A DNA stretch of 64,000 nt from an uncultured Veillonella sp. (GTDB lineage: Bacteria > Bacillota > Negativicutes > Veillonellales > Veillonellaceae). Numbering within the stretch: position 1 is the stretch's first letter; each line of letters begins with the position of its first letter. Positions 9,917 through 18,818 of the stretch are shown here, one piece after another. Made by a program: the position numbers and the translations under genes. A model generated the notes under the pieces. That model did not search any database and was not told where the DNA came from. It saw nothing but the letters and a program-made list of their open reading frames with translations. The stretch covers positions 9,896-73,895 of the forward strand of contig CABSJL010000005.1 of the NCBI GenBank assembly GCA_902478055.1, read 5' to 3'.

Positions 9917-10324
9917 ATGAACTTACAAAGCTTTCGTATGAAAACAAAGCCTGAATTCATGATTATTCCAATGATTGATATTATCTTCTTCTTGTTGGTA
10001 TTCTTCATGATGAATAGCTTACAAACAGTAGCTCAAAAAGCATTATCTGTACAATTACCACAAGCTACTAGTGCATCCGCACCGGCTCAGTTACCAGTTG
10101 TATTTACACTTGATGCGGAAGGGCATATTACAATTGATAACAATCCAATGAGTATTGATCAAGCAGAAGCTATGATTAAACAGCGGATTCAAGAAAATCC
10201 TAACGCTAGTGTTATCTTACAAGCCGACAAACGTGCAGCTCATGGTCAAGTAGTAGCGATTATGGATATGCTAAAACAATCTGGTGTTAAACGCTTGGCT
10301 ATTGCAGCTGAACAGAAAGGATAA
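9917..10324 (+). CDS. exbD: ExbD/TolR
   Basis: IIPMIDIIFFLLVFFM; ILQADK; start could also be 9905. Confidence 0.88.
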   Translation: MNLQSFRMKTKPEFMIIPMIDIIFFLLVFFMMNSLQTVAQKALSVQLPQATSASAPAQLPVVFTLDAEGHITIDNNPMSIDQAEAMIKQRIQENPNASVILQADKRAAHGQVVAIMDMLKQSGVKRLAIAAEQKG

Positions 10325-10326
10325 CT

Positions 10327-11127
10327 ATGGGACTAGGCATATCATGGAAAAAAGCAGCCATTATATCCGCCATAGTTCATCTTATTGCTCTATTTATTGC
10401 CGTAATCTTTTTTGTAGTGGTTCCAGCAATTCAAGACATGGAAACTTATGAAATCGACCTCACACAAAGTGTGCTCGATGATGGCGGCAGTGGTCATGCC
10501 GGCGGTGGAGGCGGTAATAGATCTGACCTATTCCCTAAACCGCTATCAGCTGATGAAGTGGCGGCAAGAACAAAGGCTGTTGTAGCGAATATAGATCCAT
10601 CTCCTACAACAGATATTCCTGATGCAGTAGATGTAGCCAAAAAAGGTGGCGAACATAAAGGTAATACCTCTGGCGATAATTCCGCAGGGGGTTCCGGCCC
10701 CGGACATGGTGGCGGCTCTGGCGGTGGTAACGGTACAGGTGTTGGCACTGGTAATGGCGATGGCCAAGGTCAGGGAAATGGCAATGGTAATGGCAATGGT
10801 AATGGCAATGGTGATAGTCATGGTACAGTGAAAGCTGCATTTGATGTAGAAGGATTTCGTGCAAGAGTGCAAGACAATGCACAAATGCCTTCCATGGCTT
10901 TAAAAAGAAAGTTACAAGGTGATGTAACTGTACAAGTTACATTAGATACAAATGGCAACCTTATTGGTCAAAGTATTGTATCTTCTACAAATGAAATATT
11001 CAATGATGCGGCAATGTCTGCCGTAGTGGCCGCAACACCATATAAAAATCCAACAGGCGAAGATATCGATATCAAGGTACCAGTTGAGTTTAGAGGTCAC
11101 GAATCCTCTGATGATGAGGAGGAATAA
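10327..11127 (+). CDS. tonB: TonB energy transducer with Gly/Asn-rich linker
   Basis: N-terminal anchor with SAIVH motif; C-terminal TonB_C-like QGDVTVQVTLDTNG...DAAMSAV. Confidence 0.82.
   Translation: MGLGISWKKAAIISAIVHLIALFIAVIFFVVVPAIQDMETYEIDLTQSVLDDGGSGHAGGGGGNRSDLFPKPLSADEVAARTKAVVANIDPSPTTDIPDAVDVAKKGGEHKGNTSGDNSAGGSGPGHGGGSGGGNGTGVGTGNGDGQGQGNGNGNGNGNGNGDSHGTVKAAFDVEGFRARVQDNAQMPSMALKRKLQGDVTVQVTLDTNGNLIGQSIVSSTNEIFNDAAMSAVVAATPYKNPTGEDIDIKVPVEFRGHESSDDEEE
10777..10812 (+). repeat. 12-bp tandem repeat x3 encoding (NG)n
   Basis: aatggcaatggt three times in tonB linker. Confidence 0.8.
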
Positions 11128-11189
11128 AAGTATCTACGTAATAGATCTATTTTAGTAATATACTCATCCAAGAATTAAAGGAGCTAATT

Positions 11190-11708
11190 ATGAAATCCAT
11201 TATTTTATATTCTTCACTCACGGGAAATACAAAAAGTGTTGCAGAAGCAATGGCTTCTGTAATGCCTGAAGGTACACCTTGCGTTCCTGTAAAAGAAGCG
11301 CCTGAGAATTTAGCTGATTATGATACAGTATTTGTAGGCTTCTGGGTAGACCGTGGTACAGCGAATAAAGAGGCTGCCAAATTGATTGAAACCTTAACAA
11401 ATCCTAACATCGTATTCTTTGCTACATTAGGTATGTATGCAGATTCTGATCATGCTCGTGAAAGTATTGAAAAAGCATCTGAATTACTACAACATAAAGA
11501 GTCCCTTGTAGATGGATTCGTATGTCAAGGTAAAATTGATCCGAAAGTCATCGAAATGATGTATAAAATGTTCCCACCGGGATCTGCTCATGGTCAAAGC
11601 CCTGAACGCGATGCCTTACATAAAGCGGCTGAAACACATCCAGACGAACAAGACTTTGCAAATGCAAAAGAATTTACAAAATCTGTACTTGCAAAGTTGC
11701 AAGCCTAA
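11190..11708 (+). CDS. Flavodoxin family protein
   Basis: YSSLTGNT FMN loop; VGFWVDRG. Confidence 0.85.
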   Translation: MKSIILYSSLTGNTKSVAEAMASVMPEGTPCVPVKEAPENLADYDTVFVGFWVDRGTANKEAAKLIETLTNPNIVFFATLGMYADSDHARESIEKASELLQHKESLVDGFVCQGKIDPKVIEMMYKMFPPGSAHGQSPERDALHKAAETHPDEQDFANAKEFTKSVLAKLQA

Positions 11709-11727
11709 ACTGAAAGGGGATTGGAGT

Positions 11728-13368
11728 ATGAGTTTAGCAAGTTTCTTTGAATCCATTCCGGAGAAACAACGCAATCTACAATTAGGTTTAGAATGCGATA
11801 ATCCGATGAGTGGTGCATTCCCGCATAAACGGGTTGTTCATGCAGGGCTAAATGGCACCTTAGTTTCTCCAAAGGAAACACAAGCCGTTTGGGATACCTT
11901 AATGAATGGCACACCGAAAAAGGGTGAAATGCAATGCGCCTATATTCACATTCCGTTTTGTAAGACTAAATGCACATATTGTGGTTTCTTCCAAAACGGT
12001 ACGAGTCAAAACGTAGAGGACCAATATATTGATGGTCTTGTTAGTGAGTTAAAACTAGCTAGTGAGCGTCCAAGATTAAAAGATGGATTAATCCACGCCG
12101 TATTTATCGGCGGTGGTACACCAACATCGTTATCTCCATCAAACTCTGAAAGATTGTTGAAAGCTATTAAAGAGTATTTGCCACTAGCTAATGATTATGA
12201 ATTGACCTTAGAAGGTCGTATTCACGATTTGATTCCTGAAAATCTCGACGTATGGATGGCAAATGGCGTTAACCGTATGTCCATTGGGGTACAATCTTTC
12301 AACACAGAGGTACGCCAAATGGTGGGACGTTTAGATACAAAAGAAACCGTATTAGAGCGGTTAGCAGCGTTAAAAGCCTATGGACAATGCTCTGTTGTTA
12401 TCGATTTAATCTACGGTTTGCCCGGACAAACCATGGAGGTTTGGGAACAGGACTTAGCCGATTTAGTAAGCTCTGGCGTAGATGGTGCAGACCTATATCA
12501 ATTAAATGTATTTGATGGGAGTGATCTTAATAAAGATATTGAAAAAGGCAAGGTGCCCGCAGCAGCCACAACAGCTATGCAAGGGGATATGTTCGAGTTT
12601 GGCCGCAAATACTTAGACGAGCGTTCTTATCGTCGGTTGAGTGCAGCTCACTGGAGTGCGAACAACCGTGAACGTAGCTTGTATAATATCTTAGCTAAAG
12701 CTGGTGTTCCCATGTTCCCATTCGGCAGTGGTGCAGGTGGTAATGTTGATGGCTATGGAATGATGTTACATCGTGCGTTAAAACCGTATGAAGATATGGT
12801 TAGCCGCGGTGAAAAACCATTTATGGCACTCATGAAGCAAAGTGATTTACAACCTATCGTAAATCAGGTGGTAAGTCAGCTTGAACAAGGTTTCCTCAAT
12901 ATTAAGAGCTTAACTGAATTAGATGCAAAACTAGATGAATTAAACTGGCTTTATAAATTATGGGAAAAACGTGGTCTCGTAGCTTACAATGGTTTGCTTT
13001 ATAAGTTGACTGCAGCCGGTGAATTCTGGACGGTAAATCTTACACAAAGTACATTAGAAGCCGTTGAGTATATTATGACTGGTAAAAACTCCTTCGCTAT
13101 GGAGGCAGTAGCAGCTCAAGATACTAAAACAACGTCTAAAGATAATCCTAATCAAGAGGTGCGCGGTATTGGCCAAGGTAAAGCCAATATTTCGGTACCT
13201 ACAGATGAAGATTCAGAAGCGCAACGCAAGGAAGCTCTCATTGCAAAAGCAAAGGCAGAAATCGCTAAAAGCGGTGCTTCTGGTGAGTCAGCAAATCGAA
13301 TGGTACAAGCTATGTACAATTTGAGTGCTGATGAAATTGAATATATGATGGAACGTATGATGTCTTAA
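11728..13368 (+). CDS. hutW: ChuW/HutW-like anaerobic heme-degrading radical SAM methyltransferase (HemN family)
   Basis: YIHIPFCKTKCTYC, GGGTPT, TLEGRI, SIGVQSF, FGSGAGG, GEFWTVNL; start at GGAG-ATG 11728. Confidence 0.8.
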   Translation: MSLASFFESIPEKQRNLQLGLECDNPMSGAFPHKRVVHAGLNGTLVSPKETQAVWDTLMNGTPKKGEMQCAYIHIPFCKTKCTYCGFFQNGTSQNVEDQYIDGLVSELKLASERPRLKDGLIHAVFIGGGTPTSLSPSNSERLLKAIKEYLPLANDYELTLEGRIHDLIPENLDVWMANGVNRMSIGVQSFNTEVRQMVGRLDTKETVLERLAALKAYGQCSVVIDLIYGLPGQTMEVWEQDLADLVSSGVDGADLYQLNVFDGSDLNKDIEKGKVPAAATTAMQGDMFEFGRKYLDERSYRRLSAAHWSANNRERSLYNILAKAGVPMFPFGSGAGGNVDGYGMMLHRALKPYEDMVSRGEKPFMALMKQSDLQPIVNQVVSQLEQGFLNIKSLTELDAKLDELNWLYKLWEKRGLVAYNGLLYKLTAAGEFWTVNLTQSTLEAVEYIMTGKNSFAMEAVAAQDTKTTSKDNPNQEVRGIGQGKANISVPTDEDSEAQRKEALIAKAKAEIAKSGASGESANRMVQAMYNLSADEIEYMMERMMS

Positions 13369-13465
13369 ATTTATAGTACACCTTGAATCTAACAACCCTT
13401 TCCAATAACAACATATACTAAACGAGACATAGTACGTGACATATAGTACTCTTTGTAGTACAGAA

Positions 13466-13498
13466 AAACCCCAGACAATAGTCTGGGGTTTACTTTTT
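13466..13498 (+). terminator. Rho-independent terminator
   Basis: aaaccccagac-aata-gtctggggttt plus T tract. Confidence 0.85.
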
Positions 13499-13578
13499 AT
13501 AAGGTGAAAGGTATTCTGTAACTATAAGAAGTAATATTGTTGTATGAATAGTTATGTTTTCGGAGTTAGGAGATTAGT

Positions 13579-14595
13579 ATGAGTACATTTCCTCAAAAAC
13601 ATATAGATATTGTTGGCATAGGTGCCAGTACATTAGATCGATTTATCGTCGTCGATCATTATCCTACAGGCCGTGAGGTACAACAAGTCGTATCGTCTAC
13701 TACAGATGGTGGTGGGCCAGTGGCTACAGCACTAGCGGTGGCAGGAAAATATGGTGCCCGTACAGCTATGATTGATAGCATTGGTGAGGACATGGTAGGT
13801 CGTCATATATTAGATGACTTTGAAAAATATAATGTTAATACAGAGGCAATTCAAGTTGAACGCGGTGCTAAGAGCGGTGTGGCAACAATCCTCGTAAAAC
13901 AGAGTACTGGTGAACGTGCTGTATTTTTTGAACGGTCTACTGCAACTGAGCCTGAGTTTTTAGATACCCATAAGCAGCTCATAGAATCTGCCTATATTCT
14001 GCATATCAATGGTCGACATCGCCAACTCATGCGCTCTGCTATGGCCGTTGCAAAAGAGGTAGGCACTATTATTTCTTTAGATGGTGGTGCTCAGCGTTAC
14101 GATGAAGACATGAAGCCTATTACTGAAGCCAGTCATATCGTTATCGTAGCTCGTGATTATGCTGAAAAATATACGGGTACAACTAATCTAGAAGAGGCTT
14201 GTCGTATCATTCATGAACGAGGTGCATGTATTGCAGGTGTTACAGATGGTGCTAATGGCAGTTATTTTGTATGGCCTGATGGAACATTTTATCGATGTGA
14301 ACCATTTACTCAAGCTACCGTAGTAGATACAACGGGGGCTGGGGATAGCTTTCATGGGGCTTTTTTAGCTAATTTAGTACATACAATTAATCATATGAAG
14401 GGGCAAGACGCAACTTCGACGACTAAGCATGACCGTGCATCTATACATGCTGTAGAGTTGCTAAAAGCTTGTGCGCATTCCGATTTAGAGAAGGCTGCTA
14501 TTTTTGCATCTGCAGTAGCTTCTTTAAATACACAAGGCATAGGCGGGCGCAGTCCACTACCAACGTTAAAGTCAGTGCAGGAACTAATAGGATAG
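13579..14595 (+). CDS. PfkB-family carbohydrate kinase
   Basis: GGGPVATA and VVDTTGAGDSFHGAF signatures. Confidence 0.88.
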   Translation: MSTFPQKHIDIVGIGASTLDRFIVVDHYPTGREVQQVVSSTTDGGGPVATALAVAGKYGARTAMIDSIGEDMVGRHILDDFEKYNVNTEAIQVERGAKSGVATILVKQSTGERAVFFERSTATEPEFLDTHKQLIESAYILHINGRHRQLMRSAMAVAKEVGTIISLDGGAQRYDEDMKPITEASHIVIVARDYAEKYTGTTNLEEACRIIHERGACIAGVTDGANGSYFVWPDGTFYRCEPFTQATVVDTTGAGDSFHGAFLANLVHTINHMKGQDATSTTKHDRASIHAVELLKACAHSDLEKAAIFASAVASLNTQGIGGRSPLPTLKSVQELIG

Positions 14596-14605
14596 GACTA
14601 TAGTT

Positions 14606-15967
14606 ATGTGGAAAAATACTTCAAAAAATCAAGTTCAGCAATATATGCAACAAAATCCTTATCGCCTATTAGCCCTTAGCTTTTTTGCTACCATGACTAT
14701 AGGGACGATATTACTCATGTTGCCCATATCACATGCTCAAGGCCATAGTACAACGCTTGTAGATGCAGCTTTTACCGCAGTATCTTGTGTTTCTGTAACA
14801 GGATTGTCAACAGTAGATACCTATCATCATTGGTCCTTGTTTGGCAAAATTATCATGGTAATCCTTATCCAATTAGGTGGTTTAGGGATTGTTTCTTTTA
14901 CCACCATTATTGCTCTAGTATTAGGGCGACGGGTAGGTCTGAAAAATCGCGTGCTTTTGTCAGAGGATGTAGGGCAAGATGGTATGAAAGGGCTTTTACA
15001 CATTACGAAGAAGCTAACCATTTATACCTTTTGTGTCGAAATAATTGGTGGTATTATCTATACCATTCAGCTATATCCCTATATTGGGGATGCTGCTTTA
15101 TATACGGGGATTATGCAATCTATTTCCAGCTTTTGTAATGCAGGATTTATATTCTTTGATAATGATTTACCTTATGCTATGGTGGGTGATGTATTATTTA
15201 ATATGAATACAATGGCCCTTATTGTAATAGGTGGTTTTGGTTATCTTGCAACTTTTGATATTTGGTCGCATCGCAAGCTACGACGCTTTGTAGATTTAAA
15301 ACTACATACAAAAATAATGTTAGTTGGTACAACGGCGCTCATCCTTTTAGGGACGATTATTTTCTTAGGGGTTGAGTGGGCGAATCCCAAAACGTTTGGC
15401 CCTTTACCTATATGGAACAAGGTCATGGCATCTCTGTTTCAATCGATTACACCTCGTACAGCGGGGATTGCAACTGTAGATTATAATGATTTACATCCAA
15501 TTACACTGTTTATTACCATCATTTTTATGTTTATTGGGGCAGGTCCTAACTCTACAGGGGGCGGTGTTAAGATTAGTACTATTGCCGTCGCTTTTCTAGC
15601 ATCGCGTACATTATTTAATAACCGTCCTGATACAGAGGTTTTTGAACGTCGTATTTCGTTGGTTACTGTACTTAAGGCAAATGGGATAATCTTTTTATCT
15701 ATCCTTCTTGTTTTACTTGCTACTTGTTATTTGGCTTGGGATGAGCCATATGACTTTATTCGACTGCTTTTTGAGGTAACTTCTGCCTTTGGGACCGTAG
15801 GTCTTACAACGGGTATTACACCTGATTTATCTGAAAGTAGTAAATGGGTGTTGATGCTTGTCATGTTTACGGGCCGTGTTGGGGTTATGACTGTTATTGG
15901 TACTTGGGCGTTAAGAACGGCACCGACTAAACCAATTAGCTATGCAGAAGAGCGTGTATTGTTATAA
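14606..15967 (+). CDS. ktrB: Ktr/Trk K+ uptake membrane subunit
   Basis: VSVTGL, FCNAGF, RTAG, SAFGTVGL selectivity-filter motifs. Confidence 0.9.
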   Translation: MWKNTSKNQVQQYMQQNPYRLLALSFFATMTIGTILLMLPISHAQGHSTTLVDAAFTAVSCVSVTGLSTVDTYHHWSLFGKIIMVILIQLGGLGIVSFTTIIALVLGRRVGLKNRVLLSEDVGQDGMKGLLHITKKLTIYTFCVEIIGGIIYTIQLYPYIGDAALYTGIMQSISSFCNAGFIFFDNDLPYAMVGDVLFNMNTMALIVIGGFGYLATFDIWSHRKLRRFVDLKLHTKIMLVGTTALILLGTIIFLGVEWANPKTFGPLPIWNKVMASLFQSITPRTAGIATVDYNDLHPITLFITIIFMFIGAGPNSTGGGVKISTIAVAFLASRTLFNNRPDTEVFERRISLVTVLKANGIIFLSILLVLLATCYLAWDEPYDFIRLLFEVTSAFGTVGLTTGITPDLSESSKWVLMLVMFTGRVGVMTVIGTWALRTAPTKPISYAEERVLL

Positions 15968-16001
15968 AAATAGATTAGATTGAATATAAAAGGAGGCATA
16001 T

Positions 16002-16652
16002 ATGAAACATAAAACGATAGCAGTAATAGGTCTTGGTCAATTTGGTGGCACTGTTGCCAAGATGTTAGCTTCCATGGATCATGAGGTATTAGGTGTAGAT
16101 ATTGATCCAGAAGTTGTACAGAAAATTTCGCCATTTATAACACATGCTATAGTTGCAGATACAACCGATGAAGAGGCAATCAAAGCATTGGCGCTAAGCC
16201 AGTTTGATATGGTTATTGTGGCTATAGGTGGAAATCTTCAAGCTAATTTAATGACAGCTATGCTTCTTAAAGAATTAAATGCACCTAAAATTGTGGCCAA
16301 GGCTGAAAATAATATACAAGGCAAAATGCTTCATAAAATAGGTGTAGATCAAGTGATTTACCCTGAATACGATATGGCATTACGCCTTGTACAGTTTTTA
16401 ACTAGAGACCATGTGATGGATTATTTACAACTATCTAAAAATATTAGTCTCATAGAAATTAAGGTGCCAACATTCTTGGTAGGGTCTAACTTAAAGGATT
16501 CTAATTTGCGTGAGAAATATAATCTTAATGCAGTAGGCATAAGACGCGGTGAAGATTTAGAAGTTCCACCAAACCCAATTACCATTCTCGGTGAAGATGA
16601 TAAATTATTAGTAATTGGGAATAATTCTGATTTAGATGCATTGACGGTGTAG
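16002..16652 (+). CDS. ktrA: Ktr/Trk RCK regulatory subunit
   Basis: VIGLGQFG nucleotide-binding motif; TrkA_C tail. Confidence 0.9.
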   Translation: MKHKTIAVIGLGQFGGTVAKMLASMDHEVLGVDIDPEVVQKISPFITHAIVADTTDEEAIKALALSQFDMVIVAIGGNLQANLMTAMLLKELNAPKIVAKAENNIQGKMLHKIGVDQVIYPEYDMALRLVQFLTRDHVMDYLQLSKNISLIEIKVPTFLVGSNLKDSNLREKYNLNAVGIRRGEDLEVPPNPITILGEDDKLLVIGNNSDLDALTV

Positions 16653-16717
16653 TAAGTATACGAAAGAGATATAATTATATCGAAAAAATGTGATACAATA
16701 AAAATAGAATTCAGTAT

Positions 16718-16745
16718 AGGCCATACGTATTCGTATGGCCTTTTT
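16718..16745 (+). terminator. Terminator-like hairpin
   Basis: aggccatacg-tatt-cgtatggcct plus tttt. Confidence 0.75.
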
Positions 16746-16753
16746 AAATAGAA

Positions 16754-17572
16754 ATGAAGGTTAGTATGACAGAAGAACAATACATAACGGCGCTGACCAA
16801 TAACCCCCATGGAATTCGGAATATTCCAAACCCTACAGAAGCAATGCAACTTACCTGCGTAGCTCAAAATGGCATGTTGTTGCAATACATTAAAGAACCT
16901 ACCGAAAAGGTTATTGAAACAGCGCTTTCACAATCACCACGAGCCATACAATTCGTGGAACATCCTACAGAAGAACTATTACAGGCCTTGGTAGAAAAGG
17001 ACTGGGCTGTTTTAGAATATATCGATAATCCATCTGATTTGATTGTTCAGCAAGCACTCGCTCAATCTGGATGGGCTATACGCTACATCGCTAATCCATC
17101 AGAAACACTACAGTTGGAAGCAGTAAAGGCCAACTATGATGCCTTGCAATATATTAAGGAACCTAGCGAAGCTGTACAATTGCAAGCCGTTAAAGAAAAT
17201 TATTTGGCCTTGCGCTATATTGATGAGCCTAGCGTAGCGGTTCTAGAAGCAGCAGTTAAACAAGATCCTCAAGCGATGCGACAAATCACAAAGCTTACAA
17301 AGGAATTGGCATTGCACCTATTTAGTGTAAGTGCTGCCACATTGGGGTATATACCAAATAATTTAGGCGTCACTGTGGACGAGGTTAAATCTATCCTTAT
17401 TAGTGCGATCTCTAGTGAAACAGTTGATGAGGACTATATTCGTGAATTGATTAACAACCAAGCTATCGGTGGTCGCCAATCTAAATGGCATATCGACTTA
17501 TTGTCACTTATAGACGCTTATGGAACTAGGGCTGTTAAGAAAATTGCAGTCAGTGAATATTTGAAGTATTAG
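16754..17572 (+). CDS. Helical repeat protein (DUF4116-like, about eight 22-aa repeats)
   Basis: Units such as ALQYIKEPSEAVQLQAVKENY; start could be 16766. Confidence 0.7.
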   Translation: MKVSMTEEQYITALTNNPHGIRNIPNPTEAMQLTCVAQNGMLLQYIKEPTEKVIETALSQSPRAIQFVEHPTEELLQALVEKDWAVLEYIDNPSDLIVQQALAQSGWAIRYIANPSETLQLEAVKANYDALQYIKEPSEAVQLQAVKENYLALRYIDEPSVAVLEAAVKQDPQAMRQITKLTKELALHLFSVSAATLGYIPNNLGVTVDEVKSILISAISSETVDEDYIRELINNQAIGGRQSKWHIDLLSLIDAYGTRAVKKIAVSEYLKY

Positions 17573-17585
17573 AAATGGAGACACA

Positions 17586-18686
17586 ATGAACTTTATAGAT
17601 ACAATGGCAAGCGTAGAGTTAGTGCTTGCTGCTAATCAAGTACCTTTGCTCGTTGGTGAAACGGGGATTGGTAAAACATCTCTTGCGGCGCGTGTAGCCG
17701 ATGAGCATGACTGGGAATTGGTAACCATTGATGGAAATCTTTTAAAAGAAGGTGAAATTGGTGGTTTACCAACTGTAGAGTCTGTAATACATACAGATGG
17801 TCATGGTAATACGCATTCCGTAAAGACTACGGTGTATGCTGTGCATCATACATTGGAACATGTGGCACAAGCTGTAGATAAAGGTCGTCAAGTATTACTG
17901 TTTATCGATGAAATTAACCGTGCTGAACATGCAGTACAACAGGAGTTAATGAATCTTATCTTGAATCGTGAAATCAATGGCTTCTCTTTAAGTGATCAAG
18001 TGCGTATCATCGCCGCTATGAACCCTGAGGATTCTTTTGACTACCAAACTATCGACATGGACCCGGCACAACAAAACCGTTTTGTATGGCTCTATATGAA
18101 TGCTGATTATATGCAATGGATTGATTGGGCTATAAGTGCTGGTATTGAGGAAAAAGTTATCGAATTCATTTCTTCCTATCCAGAGTATTTAAATCAACGA
18201 CATGAAGATGATATTGATGCTACACCACGCTCCTTTGAACGTGTATCTGGCCTGTATACGATTTATAAAAACCAAGAAGATTCAGCCTATAGTCGCGATG
18301 TATTTATGAATGTTATCCGCGGTAACGTAGGTAAACTCATTGCTGAGGCGTTTGTAAACTTTATCGAGTCAGACCAAGAACCACTTATTACCTTTGATGA
18401 TGTATTAGGGGCGGTTCAAAAGCCAGGAGCCATTATGTCTATGGCTGAACAGGTTAAAAGTGAAAGTCCAACACGCTTATATGTAGCGGCTAAAAATATG
18501 TTGCATCGTTTAAACCGCAATAGCAATGCCGAAGAAGTTCATCACTTCATTGAATTCCTTACATTGTATCCAGGTGATCTACGCGTAGCAGTTATGAAAG
18601 ATTTACGAAACACTTATGAACGGGTATACGCCTATGCGATTGAAGATGACTTGTTCATCGATACCTTCTTTGAAGCACAAAAATAG
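17586..18686 (+). CDS. MoxR-like AAA+ ATPase
   Basis: Walker A GETGIGKT, Walker B LLFIDE, AAMNP, MDPAQQNRF, TPRS. Confidence 0.88.
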   Translation: MNFIDTMASVELVLAANQVPLLVGETGIGKTSLAARVADEHDWELVTIDGNLLKEGEIGGLPTVESVIHTDGHGNTHSVKTTVYAVHHTLEHVAQAVDKGRQVLLFIDEINRAEHAVQQELMNLILNREINGFSLSDQVRIIAAMNPEDSFDYQTIDMDPAQQNRFVWLYMNADYMQWIDWAISAGIEEKVIEFISSYPEYLNQRHEDDIDATPRSFERVSGLYTIYKNQEDSAYSRDVFMNVIRGNVGKLIAEAFVNFIESDQEPLITFDDVLGAVQKPGAIMSMAEQVKSESPTRLYVAAKNMLHRLNRNSNAEEVHHFIEFLTLYPGDLRVAVMKDLRNTYERVYAYAIEDDLFIDTFFEAQK

Positions 18687-18818
18687 TTCTGCTCCATAGT
18701 TAATTAAATGAAGCTGTCTATATGGATAAAGAAATTTAGCGAATGATTGGGGATACAATAACCAATATATAAAACATGATATACATAAAATCTGATGTTA
18801 AACGAAAAAGGAGGTGGA

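Noticed and set aside
10494..10884. His/Cys-rich, Pro-rich and IAIT-repeat ORFs in alternative frames
   Set aside because: Shadows of the tonB Gly/Asn repeat; no RBS or independent evidence
11590..11727. Extended ORF starts in the track (hutW 11590, also ilvB 35175, guaC 51749, hydrolase 21357, MFS 49291)
   Set aside because: Downstream ATGs have proper RBS and family-typical N-termini
13370..13462. Four TAGTAC hexamers after hutW
   Set aside because: Irregular spacing in a 3' UTR; no functional argument
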